A DNA stretch of 64,000 bases from Thermodesulfobacteriota bacterium (GTDB lineage Bacteria > Desulfobacterota_D > UBA1144 > Nemesobacterales > Nemesobacteraceae): positions 1,258,938-1,322,937 of the forward strand of contig OZ246948.1 in NCBI GenBank assembly GCA_965232155.1. The letters run 5' to 3'. Below, piece after piece: positions 31,785-41,365 of this stretch. Position numbers and translations under genes: made by a program. Each line of letters starts with the position of its first letter. The first letter of the stretch is position 1. Below the pieces are notes generated by a model that made no database searches, was not told the DNA's origin, and was given only the letters and a program-made list of their open reading frames with translations.

Positions 31785-32779
31785 AGCAGGACTCGGGAAT
31801 CGGATACTGGGACAGGGTGTGGATCGAGTTCAAGAAGGACTCCCTCGCGTACGCCTCGTTTTTCTTCATAGTTCTGCTCGCTGTGACGGCGCTTTTTGAA
31901 AGTTTCCTCGCGGGCAACAGGCCCATAGTGCTCGTTGAGGAGGGCAAGTACTATTTTCCCGTGGTTATCGATTATCCCGAGTTTCGCGGAGAGGATCTTC
32001 GGGGCATGTATCTTGACGATCCGGATTCGTTCGCGATTTTCCCCCCCGTTAAGTACAGCCCCACGGAAAGCGATTTCTTCTCCGTTCTCGCGGCTCCCGA
32101 CGGGAACCATTTTCTCGGCACGGACGACAGGGGAAGGGACGTTCTAAGCAGGATGATTCACGGGGCGAGGATATCGCTTTCAATAGGGGTGGTCGCCGTC
32201 GGGATAGCCATGGTGATAGGAATAATGCTGGGGGCGATTGCGGGTTATTACGGCGGCTGGATTGATTTTGCGATTTCAAGGCTGATAGAGGTGATGATCA
32301 CTTTTCCTGTCTTCTTTCTCATTCTCACCATCCTCGCCTTTACGGAGCCAAGCATTTACAACATCATGATAGTGATAGGCGTTACGGGCTGGACGGGCGT
32401 GGCGAGGCTCGTTCGCGGGGAGTTCCTTAAGCTTCGCCAGACGAACTACGTCGAGGCGGCGTGGGCTCTTGGAAGCGGGGACCGCAGGATTATACTAAGA
32501 CACATGCTTCCAAACGCTCTTGCGCCCGTTCTGGTAAGCGCCACCTTCGGGGTGGCGGGAGCGATACTGGTTGAATCGAGTCTCAGCTTTTTGGGGTTCG
32601 GGGTGACGCCCCCGGAACCCAGCTGGGGAGAGATAATCTCGCAGTCCCAGAAGTACGTGGATTTCGCGTGGTGGCTTGTTCTTTTCCCCGGGCTTGCGAT
32701 TTTCGTTACGGTTACGGCGCTTAATCTTGTGGGGGAGGGATTCAGAAACGCGATAGACCCCAAGCTAAAGGAGAGATAA
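31781..32779 (+). CDS. Peptide ABC transporter permease (OppC/DppC-like)
   Basis: HFLGTDDRGRDVLSRMIHGARISL and YVEAAWALG. Overlaps the oppB stop. Confidence 0.9.
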   Translation: MKQDSGIGYWDRVWIEFKKDSLAYASFFFIVLLAVTALFESFLAGNRPIVLVEEGKYYFPVVIDYPEFRGEDLRGMYLDDPDSFAIFPPVKYSPTESDFFSVLAAPDGNHFLGTDDRGRDVLSRMIHGARISLSIGVVAVGIAMVIGIMLGAIAGYYGGWIDFAISRLIEVMITFPVFFLILTILAFTEPSIYNIMIVIGVTGWTGVARLVRGEFLKLRQTNYVEAAWALGSGDRRIILRHMLPNALAPVLVSATFGVAGAILVESSLSFLGFGVTPPEPSWGEIISQSQKYVDFAWWLVLFPGLAIFVTVTALNLVGEGFRNAIDPKLKER

Positions 32780-32788
32780 TATTACGTA

Positions 32789-33781
32789 ATGGCGAATTCA
32801 AAGCTGCTTGAGATAAAAGAACTTAACGTGTCCTTTCCCTCAGAGAGCGGGGAGCTTGAGGTCCTTGGGGACGTGAGCCTCAACATAGGGGAGGGGAAGA
32901 TAGTCGGAGTCGTTGGAGAAAGCGGCTGCGGGAAAACCCTCACCGCTCTTTCCGTCATGGGGCTTTTGCCGGTGCCGCCGGCCAGGGTGAACTCGGGAGA
33001 GGTCATATACAAGGGAGAAAATCTCCTTTCGCTCACCGAGCGGGAACTCAGGCATTACCGCGGAAACAGGATCTCCATGATATTCCAGGAACCGATGAGT
33101 TCCCTTAATCCCGTTTACACCGTGGGAGACCAGATAGGCGAGGTCATAAGGGTTCACGAGAATGTCTCAAGGAAAGAGGAGAAAAAAAGGGTGATTGATC
33201 TGCTGGACACAGTCGGCATTCCCTCTCCCGCGGAGAGATACTCAAGCTACCCGCACGAAATGAGCGGGGGGATGTGCCAGAGGGTAATGATCGCGATGGC
33301 CCTTGCGTGCAGCCCGGAGCTGCTGATAGCCGATGAGCCCACGACCGCCCTTGACGTGACCATTCAGGCGGGAATTCTGTCTCTTATAAAAAGCCTGCGG
33401 GACAGGATGGGGATGGCGGTTATGCTTATATCCCATGACCTAGGGGTTATCTCCAACGTTGCGGATGATGTCTATGTCCTTTACGCGGGAAAGGTGGTCG
33501 AATGGGGAAGCGTCGAGCAGCTTTTCTCCGCTCCCGCTCATCCCTACACCATAGGGCTTATAAACTCGATCCCCGGTCAGTCCTCAGGCGAGGAGCTTCA
33601 CTCGATAAGAGGCTCGATTCCCTCTCCCGGGGAGTTTCCTGCGGGATGCAGGTTCAACAACCGCTGTGATTACGCGGAGGGGAAATGTTTTGAGACGCAG
33701 CCGGAGCTGTACGGTGTTTCGGATTCTCACGGTTCGGCCTGTTTCCGCTACGAGATGTTTTTGAAAAATGGATCGGAATAA
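32789..33781 (+). CDS. Peptide ABC transporter ATP-binding protein (OppD/DppD-like)
   Basis: Walker A GESGCGKT, signature MSGGMCQR, Walker [13 protein letters not shown], and the C-terminal oligopeptide-type Cys motif ([10 protein letters not shown]). Confidence 0.9.
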   Translation: MANSKLLEIKELNVSFPSESGELEVLGDVSLNIGEGKIVGVVGESGCGKTLTALSVMGLLPVPPARVNSGEVIYKGENLLSLTERELRHYRGNRISMIFQEPMSSLNPVYTVGDQIGEVIRVHENVSRKEEKKRVIDLLDTVGIPSPAERYSSYPHEMSGGMCQRVMIAMALACSPELLIADEPTTALDVTIQAGILSLIKSLRDRMGMAVMLISHDLGVISNVADDVYVLYAGKVVEWGSVEQLFSAPAHPYTIGLINSIPGQSSGEELHSIRGSIPSPGEFPAGCRFNNRCDYAEGKCFETQPELYGVSDSHGSACFRYEMFLKNGSE

Positions 33782-33919
33782 TTGCAATGGTTTCAACAGA
33801 ATTGATCTAACACACTGCCGGTTTTTCGCGGGCAACTTGAAAGTACGTTTGGAGAATCTAGCACTTGGAGATTTATAAAGTGCAAGGTTTTAACTCATAA
33901 TACGTGCCTAGTGCGGCAA

Positions 33920-34454
33920 ATGATCTTAAGAAATTGGATTTCTACCAAAGAATTTGAAGCAATCAAGACGATTCATGAGGCACTAAAACCCTTGGGGGTT
34001 GAAGGTCAGGAACGAATCATAAAGTACATAAGTAGTCTTTTGGGTATCAGAAATGTTGAAATCACATCAGATTCAATTGACTCGAATTTGGTGTTAAGAC
34101 CTAGTTCTATTCCGAAACCTATGCATACAAAAAAAGAAAGATTTAGTTCGTTTCCTGAACTATATGACGCAGTATGGTCCGAATACCCATGCTGAGAAGG
34201 CGTTGGTTGCAGGATATTGGTTGCAGGTTTGTGAAGGAGGAGAAAATTTTGACTCTCACTCTGCCAACAATGAACTGAAACATCTTGGGCATCGTTTGCC
34301 GAACATAACCGCAGCTTTAACAAGGCTGAAAGAAGCGAAGCCAGCTCTAGTTCTTCAACTTAAGAAAAGCGGAACAACCATGCAAGCACGGAAAACTTAC
34401 AAACTCACGATGGCTGGAGTGAAGGCATTGCACGAGATGCTTGCTTCGCATTAA
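33920..34454 (+). CDS. Hypothetical protein 1 of the cassette (N-terminal helical region plus a winged-helix-like module); one frame break near 34175
   Basis: ORFs 33911-34195 and 34164-34454 join as ...ERFSSFPELYDA|GPNTHAEKALVAGYWLQVCEGGENFDSHSANNELKHLGHRLPNITAALTRLKEAKPALVLQLKKSG...YKLTMAG. Confidence 0.5.
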
Positions 34455-34468
34455 GGAGGATAAAAAAT

Positions 34469-35045
34469 ATGACTGAGTTAAAACAACAACAAGAGCTAAA
34501 ATAAGGGTCTCTTCATAACGGTAGTGTTGCGTTCGGAGGGTTCAGAAGCACCTTGTTCGTGCGTAATTTAGATGAATACAAGGTCCTTCTCATCGGTGAT
34601 GTGGCGACTAGCGATTCTAAACCCGCGCAACTTCAACACCGCCGTCACAAACACAGAAGAGCACTTCGACGAAATCGAAATCAGGTAATAAAAAGAAGAC
34701 GTCAAAAGTCAGTGCGGAGCGTTTTGATATGCACGGAGTGATAATACTTGTAGTCTTGAGGATTTCATAAAAGAGAAAAACCCAGGCCGTTCCAATGCCG
34801 AAAAAATGGTCGTTATTGGATACTACATCTCTGAAATTCTTGGTGAGAAGAAATTTTCAGAGGGGCAAATTGAGTACGCATATAAGATGCTGAATTACGA
34901 GCGTCCCGGACACCTGCGTCAAATTATTATCAATGCGAAAAACGAAAAAGACTGGTTTGAATCACATGACAAAAATGGCACGTGGTTCCTTACACGAACA
35001 GGCGATATCTTTGTGTCTGATGAGCTACCTAGGCTTGAATCATGA
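34469..35045 (+). CDS. Hypothetical protein 2 of the cassette (paralogous winged-helix-like module); several frame breaks or stops in its 5' half
   Basis: A strong RBS AAGGAGG sits 9 nt before the ATG at 34469, but a stop follows after 11 codons. The frame containing the 34806 ORF is open from 34728 (…SLEDFIKEKNPGRSNAEKMVVIGYYISEILGEKKFSEGQIEYAYKML...WFLTRTG). The intermediate sense pieces are NTEEHFDEIEIR and KKKTSKVSAERFD. Confidence 0.4.
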
Positions 35046-35770
35046 AACTTGAATCATTTGTAGAAAAAGACTTCTTCGTAAAGGCAAAAGAGCTAGAAAA
35101 AATTGAACTGCTAGCTTATTACCACGATAAAATTATGCAACAACGCGATTTCTCAGTGAATGAGTTTTGTAACCTCCTTGTAGAGTGTGGTTTATCGAAG
35201 CCAAACTCCTCAAGACTCATTAAAAAAATAAAAAAATCACGCAGTATTGTTAAGGGAAGTGTCAAAGATACGTTCAGGTTGTCTATTCTTCGGAAAAAAG
35301 AACTAGTAGAAAAAATCGGCCACCTGGATAAATCTTGAAATTAATTCAGATGACTCCATTCTACCCGAAGCTCTCTTTGAAAAAGCGGGTCGGTCTTACT
35401 TACAAAAACTCGCTCAACAAATTAATGCGTCATATGAAAATAATCTTTTCGATGGAGCCGTAATGATTATGAGGCGACTACTCGAAATACTTATTATCCA
35501 AAGTTTCGAAGCTGTTGGAAAAGTGGCAGAAATCACAGATGCAGATGAAAATTACCGAATTTGAAATCGCTTATAAATACCATCAAGGATAGTAGCGATA
35601 TATCGTTGTCAAAGGGGTCAAGGGAATCAATTGATCGATTTCGTGAACTGGGAAATTTATCCGCTCACAAAATCCATTACAATTGCAGACGTGATGATAT
35701 ACGTAAATTGCAATTGGAATATAGAGCATTAGTGGAAGAACTCTTGTACAAAGCGAAGTTGATAAAATAG
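35042..35770 (+). CDS. Hypothetical protein 3 of the cassette: N-terminal winged-helix-like module fused to a DUF4145/HEPN-like C-terminal domain; two frame breaks (about 35310-35336 and about 35548)
   Basis: ATGA overlap with gene 2. The pieces are 35042-35338; frame 0 from 35337 to 35564 (EINSDDSILPEALFEKAGRSYLQKLAQQINASYENNLFDGAVMIMRRLLEILIIQ...); and 35549-35770 (KLPNLKSLINTIKD...SIDRFRELGNLSAHKIHY...LVEELLYKAKLIK). R-x2-G-N-x3-H matches my recollection of the DUF4145 signature. Confidence 0.5.
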
Positions 35771-36209
35771 AGGAATTGCTAACCCCAAAAATAAAAAGCT
35801 GGGAATTTTATTGGTAAAAAACTTGCGTATAAAGAGTTTATTGCTGCTTTAACTTTAAAATAGGTTAGTTCTTTTCCTTTGCCTATGCAGCATTTTATTC
35901 CATCTTACAGTTTAATTATTTCAATTTTATGAGGAACAAAGCAACTGGTACATCGGATTCATTTCGAAACTCGATTAAGTCCCGGCTAGCGTCGTGTACT
36001 GTCTTGCATCAACAAACGGAGTCTTTTTCCCCTTAAGTCAAAAAAGTTTTGGCAGGAAGATAACGAAAACCGGAAATCCTAACCCTGATCCTAGATTAGG
36101 AGAGCCAAATCGGGTACTTTCCATTGCAAGCCCTTCTTTTGGTTTGCATTTAAGGGCGGGTAACCGCCTCACTAGAGGACAGTAAGAACCGTTTTTTCCT
36201 CTTATCGAT

Positions 36210-37186
36210 ATGACTAATGAAACTATAGTAAGCGTAAGGGGACTTAAAAAATACTTTCCGGTTCGCAAGGGAGTTCTCTCTAGAGTTTCCGATTACGTCC
36301 GCGCCGTTGACGAGTTGAACTTGAAGTGAAAAAAGGCAGTACGGTGGGTCTTGTGGGGGAAAGCGGAAGCGGCAAGACTACATTTGGAAAAACGGTGCTG
36401 AGACTCCTTGCCCCGACCGCCGGGAAGATCTTCTTTGAAGGAGAAGACATAACCGAACTTGACTCGGCCCGGCTTCGTTCCCTGAGAAGGGAGATGCAGA
36501 TGATATTCCAGAATCCCTACGGTTCGCTTAATCCGAGGATGAACGTGGGCTCGCTTGTTTCCGAGGGAATAAGCATCCATAACACGGTAAAGAAAAATGA
36601 ACGCCACGAGTTCGTGGCCAAGCTCCTCGGCGAGGTGGGTCTGGGTGCCGACGTTATGGGTCGCTACCCTCACGAGTTCAGCGGGGGACAGCGCCAGAGA
36701 ATAGCCATAGCGCGCGCCATCTCTCTTCACCCTAAGTTCGTTGTCTGCGATGAGCCCGTCTCGGCGCTTGATGTGTCAGTGCAGGCGCAGATAATAAACC
36801 TGCTTAAGGATCTTCAGAAAAAACACGGTCTATCCTATCTCTTCATATCCCATGACCTCCGCGTCGTAAAGCACGTAAGCGACCTTGTGGCCGTGATGTA
36901 CCTCGGAAAAATAGTCGAGATTGCCCCAAGCGAGGAGATCTACTCAAACCCCGCGCATCCTTACACCAGGATGCTTATCTCCGCCATTCCCGAGATAAAA
37001 ACAACCAGGAGCGAAAACGGCGGCGAAGCATCCATATCGGGGGAAATAAAGAGCCTTGTTGATATTCCCTCGGGCTGCAGTTTTCATCCGAGGTGCCCTC
37101 TTGCGACCGAGGTGTGCTCAAGGGAGACCCCTCTGCTCGAGAAAAAAGGAGCCGACGGGCGAAGCGTCGCCTGTCACAATGTCTGA
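36210..37186 (+). CDS. Peptide ABC transporter ATP-binding protein (OppF/DppF-like), one frame break near 36321-36326
   Basis: The ATG at 36210 gives MTNETIVSVRGLKKYFPVRKGVLSRVSDYVRAVDELNL and then a stop. The listed ORF from 36326 continues VKKGSTVGLVGESGSGKTT (Walker A), FSGGQRQR and VVCDEPVSALD. Confidence 0.85.
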
Positions 37187-37214
37187 GCGCTTTCCCTGTT
37201 TTTTCCCGAATAAC

Positions 37215-37242
37215 TTGCAATAAAGCGATTGTGGTTTATATT
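37215..37242 (+). promoter_or_regulatory. Candidate sigma70 promoter for yceD-rpmF-fab genes
   Basis: TTGCAA (37215-37220), 16-nt spacer, TATATT (37237-37242). Confidence 0.35.
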
Positions 37243-37273
37243 AGAGCAATTTTTGCAGGCGGGTTTCCGCGCG

Positions 37274-37783
37274 ATGATCGTTAACGTATCGGAAATAAAG
37301 GACGGGGGATTGAGTCTTGATCTCACCAGGGGGCCGGGATGGCTCGGCGGTTCCGAGAAATCAGAAGTCGCGAGCGTGGACTCCGATATAGAGTTTCACA
37401 TTGATCTTTTACGCACGGCGGGCGAGATAAGCGTGCGGGGTAGAATCGGATTCCTGGCGGTCGCCCGGTGTTCCCGTTGCTTAAGCGACGTGAGCGTTGA
37501 TACGGATCTTGAGGTAAAACTCATTCTTTCGCCTTCTGAGGCGGAAAGAAAAGAGGAGGCAGGCGGGGAAATAGATTATGAAACTTACCGCGGGAGGCAG
37601 ATAGACCTTAACGATTACATGAGAGAGCAGGTGAATCTTTCGCTTCCCTACAAGGTGGTCTGCGCCGAGGACTGCAGGGGACTTTGCAGCGGGTGCGGAC
37701 AGAATCTTAACGAACGGCAGTGCGGCTGCGAGACCCAGAAGGAGGACTCGCGCTTCGCGGTGCTTAAAGATATAAAGATATAG
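37274..37783 (+). CDS. yceD: YceD/DUF177 family protein (large-subunit ribosomal accumulation factor)
   Basis: C-terminal ...LSLPYKVVCAEDCRGLCSGCGQNLNERQCGC, and the conserved position upstream of rpmF. Confidence 0.8.
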   Translation: MIVNVSEIKDGGLSLDLTRGPGWLGGSEKSEVASVDSDIEFHIDLLRTAGEISVRGRIGFLAVARCSRCLSDVSVDTDLEVKLILSPSEAERKEEAGGEIDYETYRGRQIDLNDYMREQVNLSLPYKVVCAEDCRGLCSGCGQNLNERQCGCETQKEDSRFAVLKDIKI

Positions 37784-37803
37784 CTTAAAGCCAGGAGACT
37801 GAG

Positions 37804-38007
37804 ATGGCATTACCCAAGAGAAAGACTTCAAAATCGAAATCAAGAAAAAGAAGAACCCATTACAAAGTCGCGTTGCCGGGGGCCTCGTTCTGTCCCGAGT
37901 GCAACGAGATGAAACCTCCCCACAGGGCGTGTCCCAGCTGCGGTTACTACAAGGGAAGGAATTTCTTCAGACAGGCTTCTGAAACTGAAGTCGTTGCGGA
38001 AGACTAA
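37804..38007 (+). CDS. rpmF: 50S ribosomal protein L32
   Basis: MALPKRKTSKSKSRKRRTHYK plus the CPECNEMKPPHRACPSCGYY zinc ribbon. Confidence 0.92.
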   Translation: MALPKRKTSKSKSRKRRTHYKVALPGASFCPECNEMKPPHRACPSCGYYKGRNFFRQASETEVVAED

Positions 38008-38021
38008 AACACACTGAATCC

Positions 38022-38957
38022 ATGATAGCTTTTCTTTTTCCAGGGCAGGGTTCCCAGTACATAGGCATGGGTGCGGATTTCTGCGCCGAGTTTGCTGTTG
38101 CGAGGCAGACTTTCGAGGAAGCAAACGACGCTCTTGGAATTGACCTGGCGAAGCTCTGCTTTGAGGGCGAGGCGAAGACCCTTGCCCTTACCGCGAATGC
38201 CCAGCCGGCCATACTTACCGCAAGCGTTGCCGCCTTGAGAGTTGTTCTCGAGGAAACCGAGATAAGACCCGACCTGGTCGCCGGACACAGTCTCGGGGAA
38301 TTCACGGCCCTTGTCGCTTCTGAGTGCCTCGGCTTTGGCGACGCCGTGCGTACCGTGAGGAAAAGAGGGGAGTTCATGCAGGAAGCGGTTCCCCCGGGAG
38401 TCGGGAAAATGGCTGCCGTGCTTGGCCTTACGTCCGGGGAAGTAAGCGAACTATGCGCCGAGGTCGCGGGGGAAGAAAACGTGGTTTCTCCCGCTAATTT
38501 CAATTCGCCCACGCAGACCGTTATCTCAGGAGAAGCCCGGGCCGTAGAGGCCGCTTCTGAGCTTGCGAAGGAAAAAGGGGCAAGACGGGTTGTGGAACTT
38601 GAGGTGAGCGCGCCTTTTCACTGCTCCCTCATGGAGCCCGCGGCCGCGCGCCTCCGAGACGTTCTTTCGGAAATAGATTTTAACCCTGTTAAGTATCCTG
38701 TGGTCACAAATATCGAGGCGGAGGCAAATTCTGATTCCGCCAGGGTGGCGGACATTCTGGTGGCGCAGGTTGTAAGTCCGGTGAGATGGGCTGAGTCCCT
38801 TGAGTTTTTAAAGAACTCCGGGGTTTCTGAATTTCTAGAGATCGGCCCCTCCAAGGTTCTTAGCGGTCTCGTTAAAAGAACCCTTAAAGGCGTTTCTTGC
38901 GCCGGTATTGAAAAAACTGAGGAGTTAAATCATATTAAGACAGATGGAATTAAGTAA
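38022..38957 (+). CDS. fabD: Malonyl-CoA:ACP transacylase
   Basis: FLFPGQGSQYIGMG, the active-site GHSLGEF, and ANFNSPTQTVISG. Confidence 0.92.
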   Translation: MIAFLFPGQGSQYIGMGADFCAEFAVARQTFEEANDALGIDLAKLCFEGEAKTLALTANAQPAILTASVAALRVVLEETEIRPDLVAGHSLGEFTALVASECLGFGDAVRTVRKRGEFMQEAVPPGVGKMAAVLGLTSGEVSELCAEVAGEENVVSPANFNSPTQTVISGEARAVEAASELAKEKGARRVVELEVSAPFHCSLMEPAAARLRDVLSEIDFNPVKYPVVTNIEAEANSDSARVADILVAQVVSPVRWAESLEFLKNSGVSEFLEIGPSKVLSGLVKRTLKGVSCAGIEKTEELNHIKTDGIK

Positions 38958-39687
38958 CCAGGTTGCGCTTATAACCGGCGGGTCGCGCGGGATAGGGAAG
39001 GACATTGCGAAAAAACTCGCTTCGCGCGGGGCCTATGTTCTTGTTAACTACATCACCAACAGCCAGGCGGCCGAGGAGACCCTCGGGGAGATAGAGCGGG
39101 AAGGGGGCAAGGGCAGGGCGGTCGGCTTTGACGTTTCCGATTTCGACGAGGTTCAGCGATGCGTGGGGGAACTCTCGGGTGAACTGGGCGGAATACATAT
39201 ACTTGTTAACAACGCGGGAATAAGGAACGACGGGCTTTTGATGAGAATGGGGGAGAAGGACTGGAGCCGCGTGATGGACATAAACCTCAAGGGAACGTTT
39301 AACTGCACCAAGGCGGTTTCAAGAGGAATGTTCAAGAACCGTTACGGAAGAATAATAAATATCACCTCGACCGCGGGTGAGGTCGGAAACCCGGGCCAGG
39401 CGAATTACGCCGCTTCAAAGGCCGGGGTAATAGGTCTTACGAAGGCGACCGCCAAGGAATTCAGTTCAAGGGGCATAACCGTGAACGCCGTAAGCCCCGG
39501 TTTTGTCGAAACTGATATTATCGCGGACCTTAACGAGGAGATGAGAAAAAAATATCTGGAAGCTATACCCCTCGGCAGATTCGGGCGCGTTGAGGATATC
39601 TCGAACGTGGTGTGTTTCCTGGTTTCCGAGGGCGCGTCGTACATAACCGGGGAGGTTATAAAGGTTAACGGCGGAATTTACATGTAA
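38944..39687 (+). CDS. fabG: 3-oxoacyl-ACP reductase
   Basis: [15 protein letters not shown], and the S...YAASKAG catalytic triad region. Confidence 0.92.
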   Translation: MELSNQVALITGGSRGIGKDIAKKLASRGAYVLVNYITNSQAAEETLGEIEREGGKGRAVGFDVSDFDEVQRCVGELSGELGGIHILVNNAGIRNDGLLMRMGEKDWSRVMDINLKGTFNCTKAVSRGMFKNRYGRIINITSTAGEVGNPGQANYAASKAGVIGLTKATAKEFSSRGITVNAVSPGFVETDIIADLNEEMRKKYLEAIPLGRFGRVEDISNVVCFLVSEGASYITGEVIKVNGGIYM

Positions 39688-39710
39688 AATCTAGAGGAGG
39701 TTTGACTCAC

Positions 39711-39977
39711 ATGTCAAAGGATAATGCCGAAATTTTAGCTAAGGTAAAGGAGATGGTCGCGAGCCATCTCGGCAAGGCCGAGGATGAGATAACTCCCGAT
39801 TCTTCCTTTATAGAGGATCTCGGAGCCGACTCGCTTGACCTCGTGGAACTTATAATGTCCATGGAGGATCATTTCGGGATTGAGATCTCGGATGAAGACG
39901 CGGAGAACATAATAACGGTTCAGGACGCGATCAACTTTATCCAGAGTTCAGTTGAATCCGCTTCGGAGGATAGCTGA
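39711..39977 (+). CDS. acpP: Acyl carrier protein
   Basis: [13 protein letters not shown] phosphopantetheine-attachment motif. AGGAGG RBS 10 nt upstream of the ATG at 39711. Confidence 0.92.
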   Translation: MSKDNAEILAKVKEMVASHLGKAEDEITPDSSFIEDLGADSLDLVELIMSMEDHFGIEISDEDAENIITVQDAINFIQSSVESASEDS

Positions 39978-39984
39978 GGAACAG

Positions 39985-41217
39985 ATGTCAAGAAGGGTAG
40001 TGGTTACAGGAATAGGGCTCATAACGCCCGTCGGCGTGGGGAACGACGCCACGTGGTCTTCGATCTGCGAAGGGACACCCGGAGTGAGCAGGGTTTCGTC
40101 CTTTGATCCCTCGGGTCTTAAAACGCAGATAGCCGGGCAGGTCCGGGATTTCGATCCCGAGCTCTACATGGAGCCCAAGGACGCGAAGAGAAACGACAGG
40201 TTCATCCAGCTCTCAATCGCGGCCGCCAAACTGGCGCTTGAGGATGCCGGGCTTGAGGTTACCGATGATATCTCCGGGCGCACGGGAACTTTCATCGGAT
40301 CGGGAATCGGCGGGATGAAGACCTTCTACGATACCGTCCTCACGTTGGAGAACAAGGGTCCGAACCGCGTCTCTCCGTTTTTCATACCCAATATAGTGAC
40401 CAACATGGCTTCGGGGTACGTCTCGATAAGGTTCAACGCCAAGGGCCCCAACTGTTCTTCGACGACCGCGTGTTCCGCAAGCGGTCACTCACTCGCGCTT
40501 TCAGCCAAGATAATAAAGGACGGGAAGGCGGACGTTATGATAGCCGGCGGATCCGAAGCTCCGCTGATACCTCTTACCTTCGCGGCTTTTAATGCCATGA
40601 AGGCGCTTTCGACCAGAAACGACGAGCCCGAGACCGCGTCAAGGCCGTTTGAGGCGGGGCGCGACGGGTTTATCCTTTCAGAAGGGGCCGGAGTGCTGAT
40701 TCTTGAAGAGCTCGAATTCGCGAAGAAAAGGGGTGCCAATATATACGCCGAGGTGCTCGGCTCTGGAATGAGCGCCGACGCCTTCCACATCACGGCGCCT
40801 TCGCTCGAGGGTCCTGCCAGCTGCATGGGGGCGGCCCTTGAGGATTCGGGCCTTAATCCCGGAGACGTGGATTACATAAACGCCCATGGAACCTCGACGC
40901 GTCTTAACGACGTTAACGAGACCAATGCGATCAAGGAAGTGTTCGGCGAGGACGCCCGGAGAATTCCGGTGAGTTCCACGAAATCCATGACCGGTCATCT
41001 GCTCGGCGCGGCGGGCGCGGTGGAGGCCGCGATCTGCGTGCTCGCGCTAAGAGACGGCGTTTTGCCGCCGACCATAAACCTTTTTGAGAACGATCCTGAA
41101 TGCGATCTGGATTACATTCCGCACACCGCGAGGGAGAGCGACATAGAGGTAGCTCTCAGCAATTCCTACGGTTTCGGCGGAACGAACGTAAGCGTCGCGC
41201 TTCGCAAGTTCAGCTGA
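39985..41217 (+). CDS. fabF: 3-oxoacyl-ACP synthase II
   Basis: RRVVVTGIGLITP, the active-site cysteine context SSTTACSASGHS, then NAHGTST and KSMTGHLLGAAG. Confidence 0.92.
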   Translation: MSRRVVVTGIGLITPVGVGNDATWSSICEGTPGVSRVSSFDPSGLKTQIAGQVRDFDPELYMEPKDAKRNDRFIQLSIAAAKLALEDAGLEVTDDISGRTGTFIGSGIGGMKTFYDTVLTLENKGPNRVSPFFIPNIVTNMASGYVSIRFNAKGPNCSSTTACSASGHSLALSAKIIKDGKADVMIAGGSEAPLIPLTFAAFNAMKALSTRNDEPETASRPFEAGRDGFILSEGAGVLILEELEFAKKRGANIYAEVLGSGMSADAFHITAPSLEGPASCMGAALEDSGLNPGDVDYINAHGTSTRLNDVNETNAIKEVFGEDARRIPVSSTKSMTGHLLGAAGAVEAAICVLALRDGVLPPTINLFENDPECDLDYIPHTARESDIEVALSNSYGFGGTNVSVALRKFS

Positions 41218-41365
41218 CGTTCTCAGGTTGCAAAAAACCCTCCGTAGTTCCCAAACCGCTTAACTCACGCGCGCTGCGCGGGGAAGGTTTTATTTTTCCG
41301 CTCGTTTTGGTAAAATACCCCGCTAACTCCGCAAACGCGGAACCGAGAAGAGAGAGAGGTGTCAT

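Larger units (their letters stand above)
33782..36209. other. AT-rich 2.4-kb insertion between oppD and oppF, carrying a three-gene cassette and about 440 nt of non-coding DNA
   Basis: Base composition changes abruptly at both borders. OppD and OppF genes are normally adjacent. I saw no integrase, transposase or flanking repeat. Confidence 0.7.

Noticed and set aside
34553-34741. 62-aa Arg/His/Lys-rich ORF inside the cassette
   Set aside because: The composition (HRRHKHRRALRRNRNQVIKRRRQK) looks like an off-frame artefact. Neighbouring frames contain pieces consistent with the N-terminal region of cassette gene 2.
35994-36268. Two small ORFs (63 aa on the plus strand, 76 aa on the minus strand) in the non-coding tail before oppF
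   Set aside because: They have no RBS, they overlap each other and the true oppF start, and they contain no motifs.
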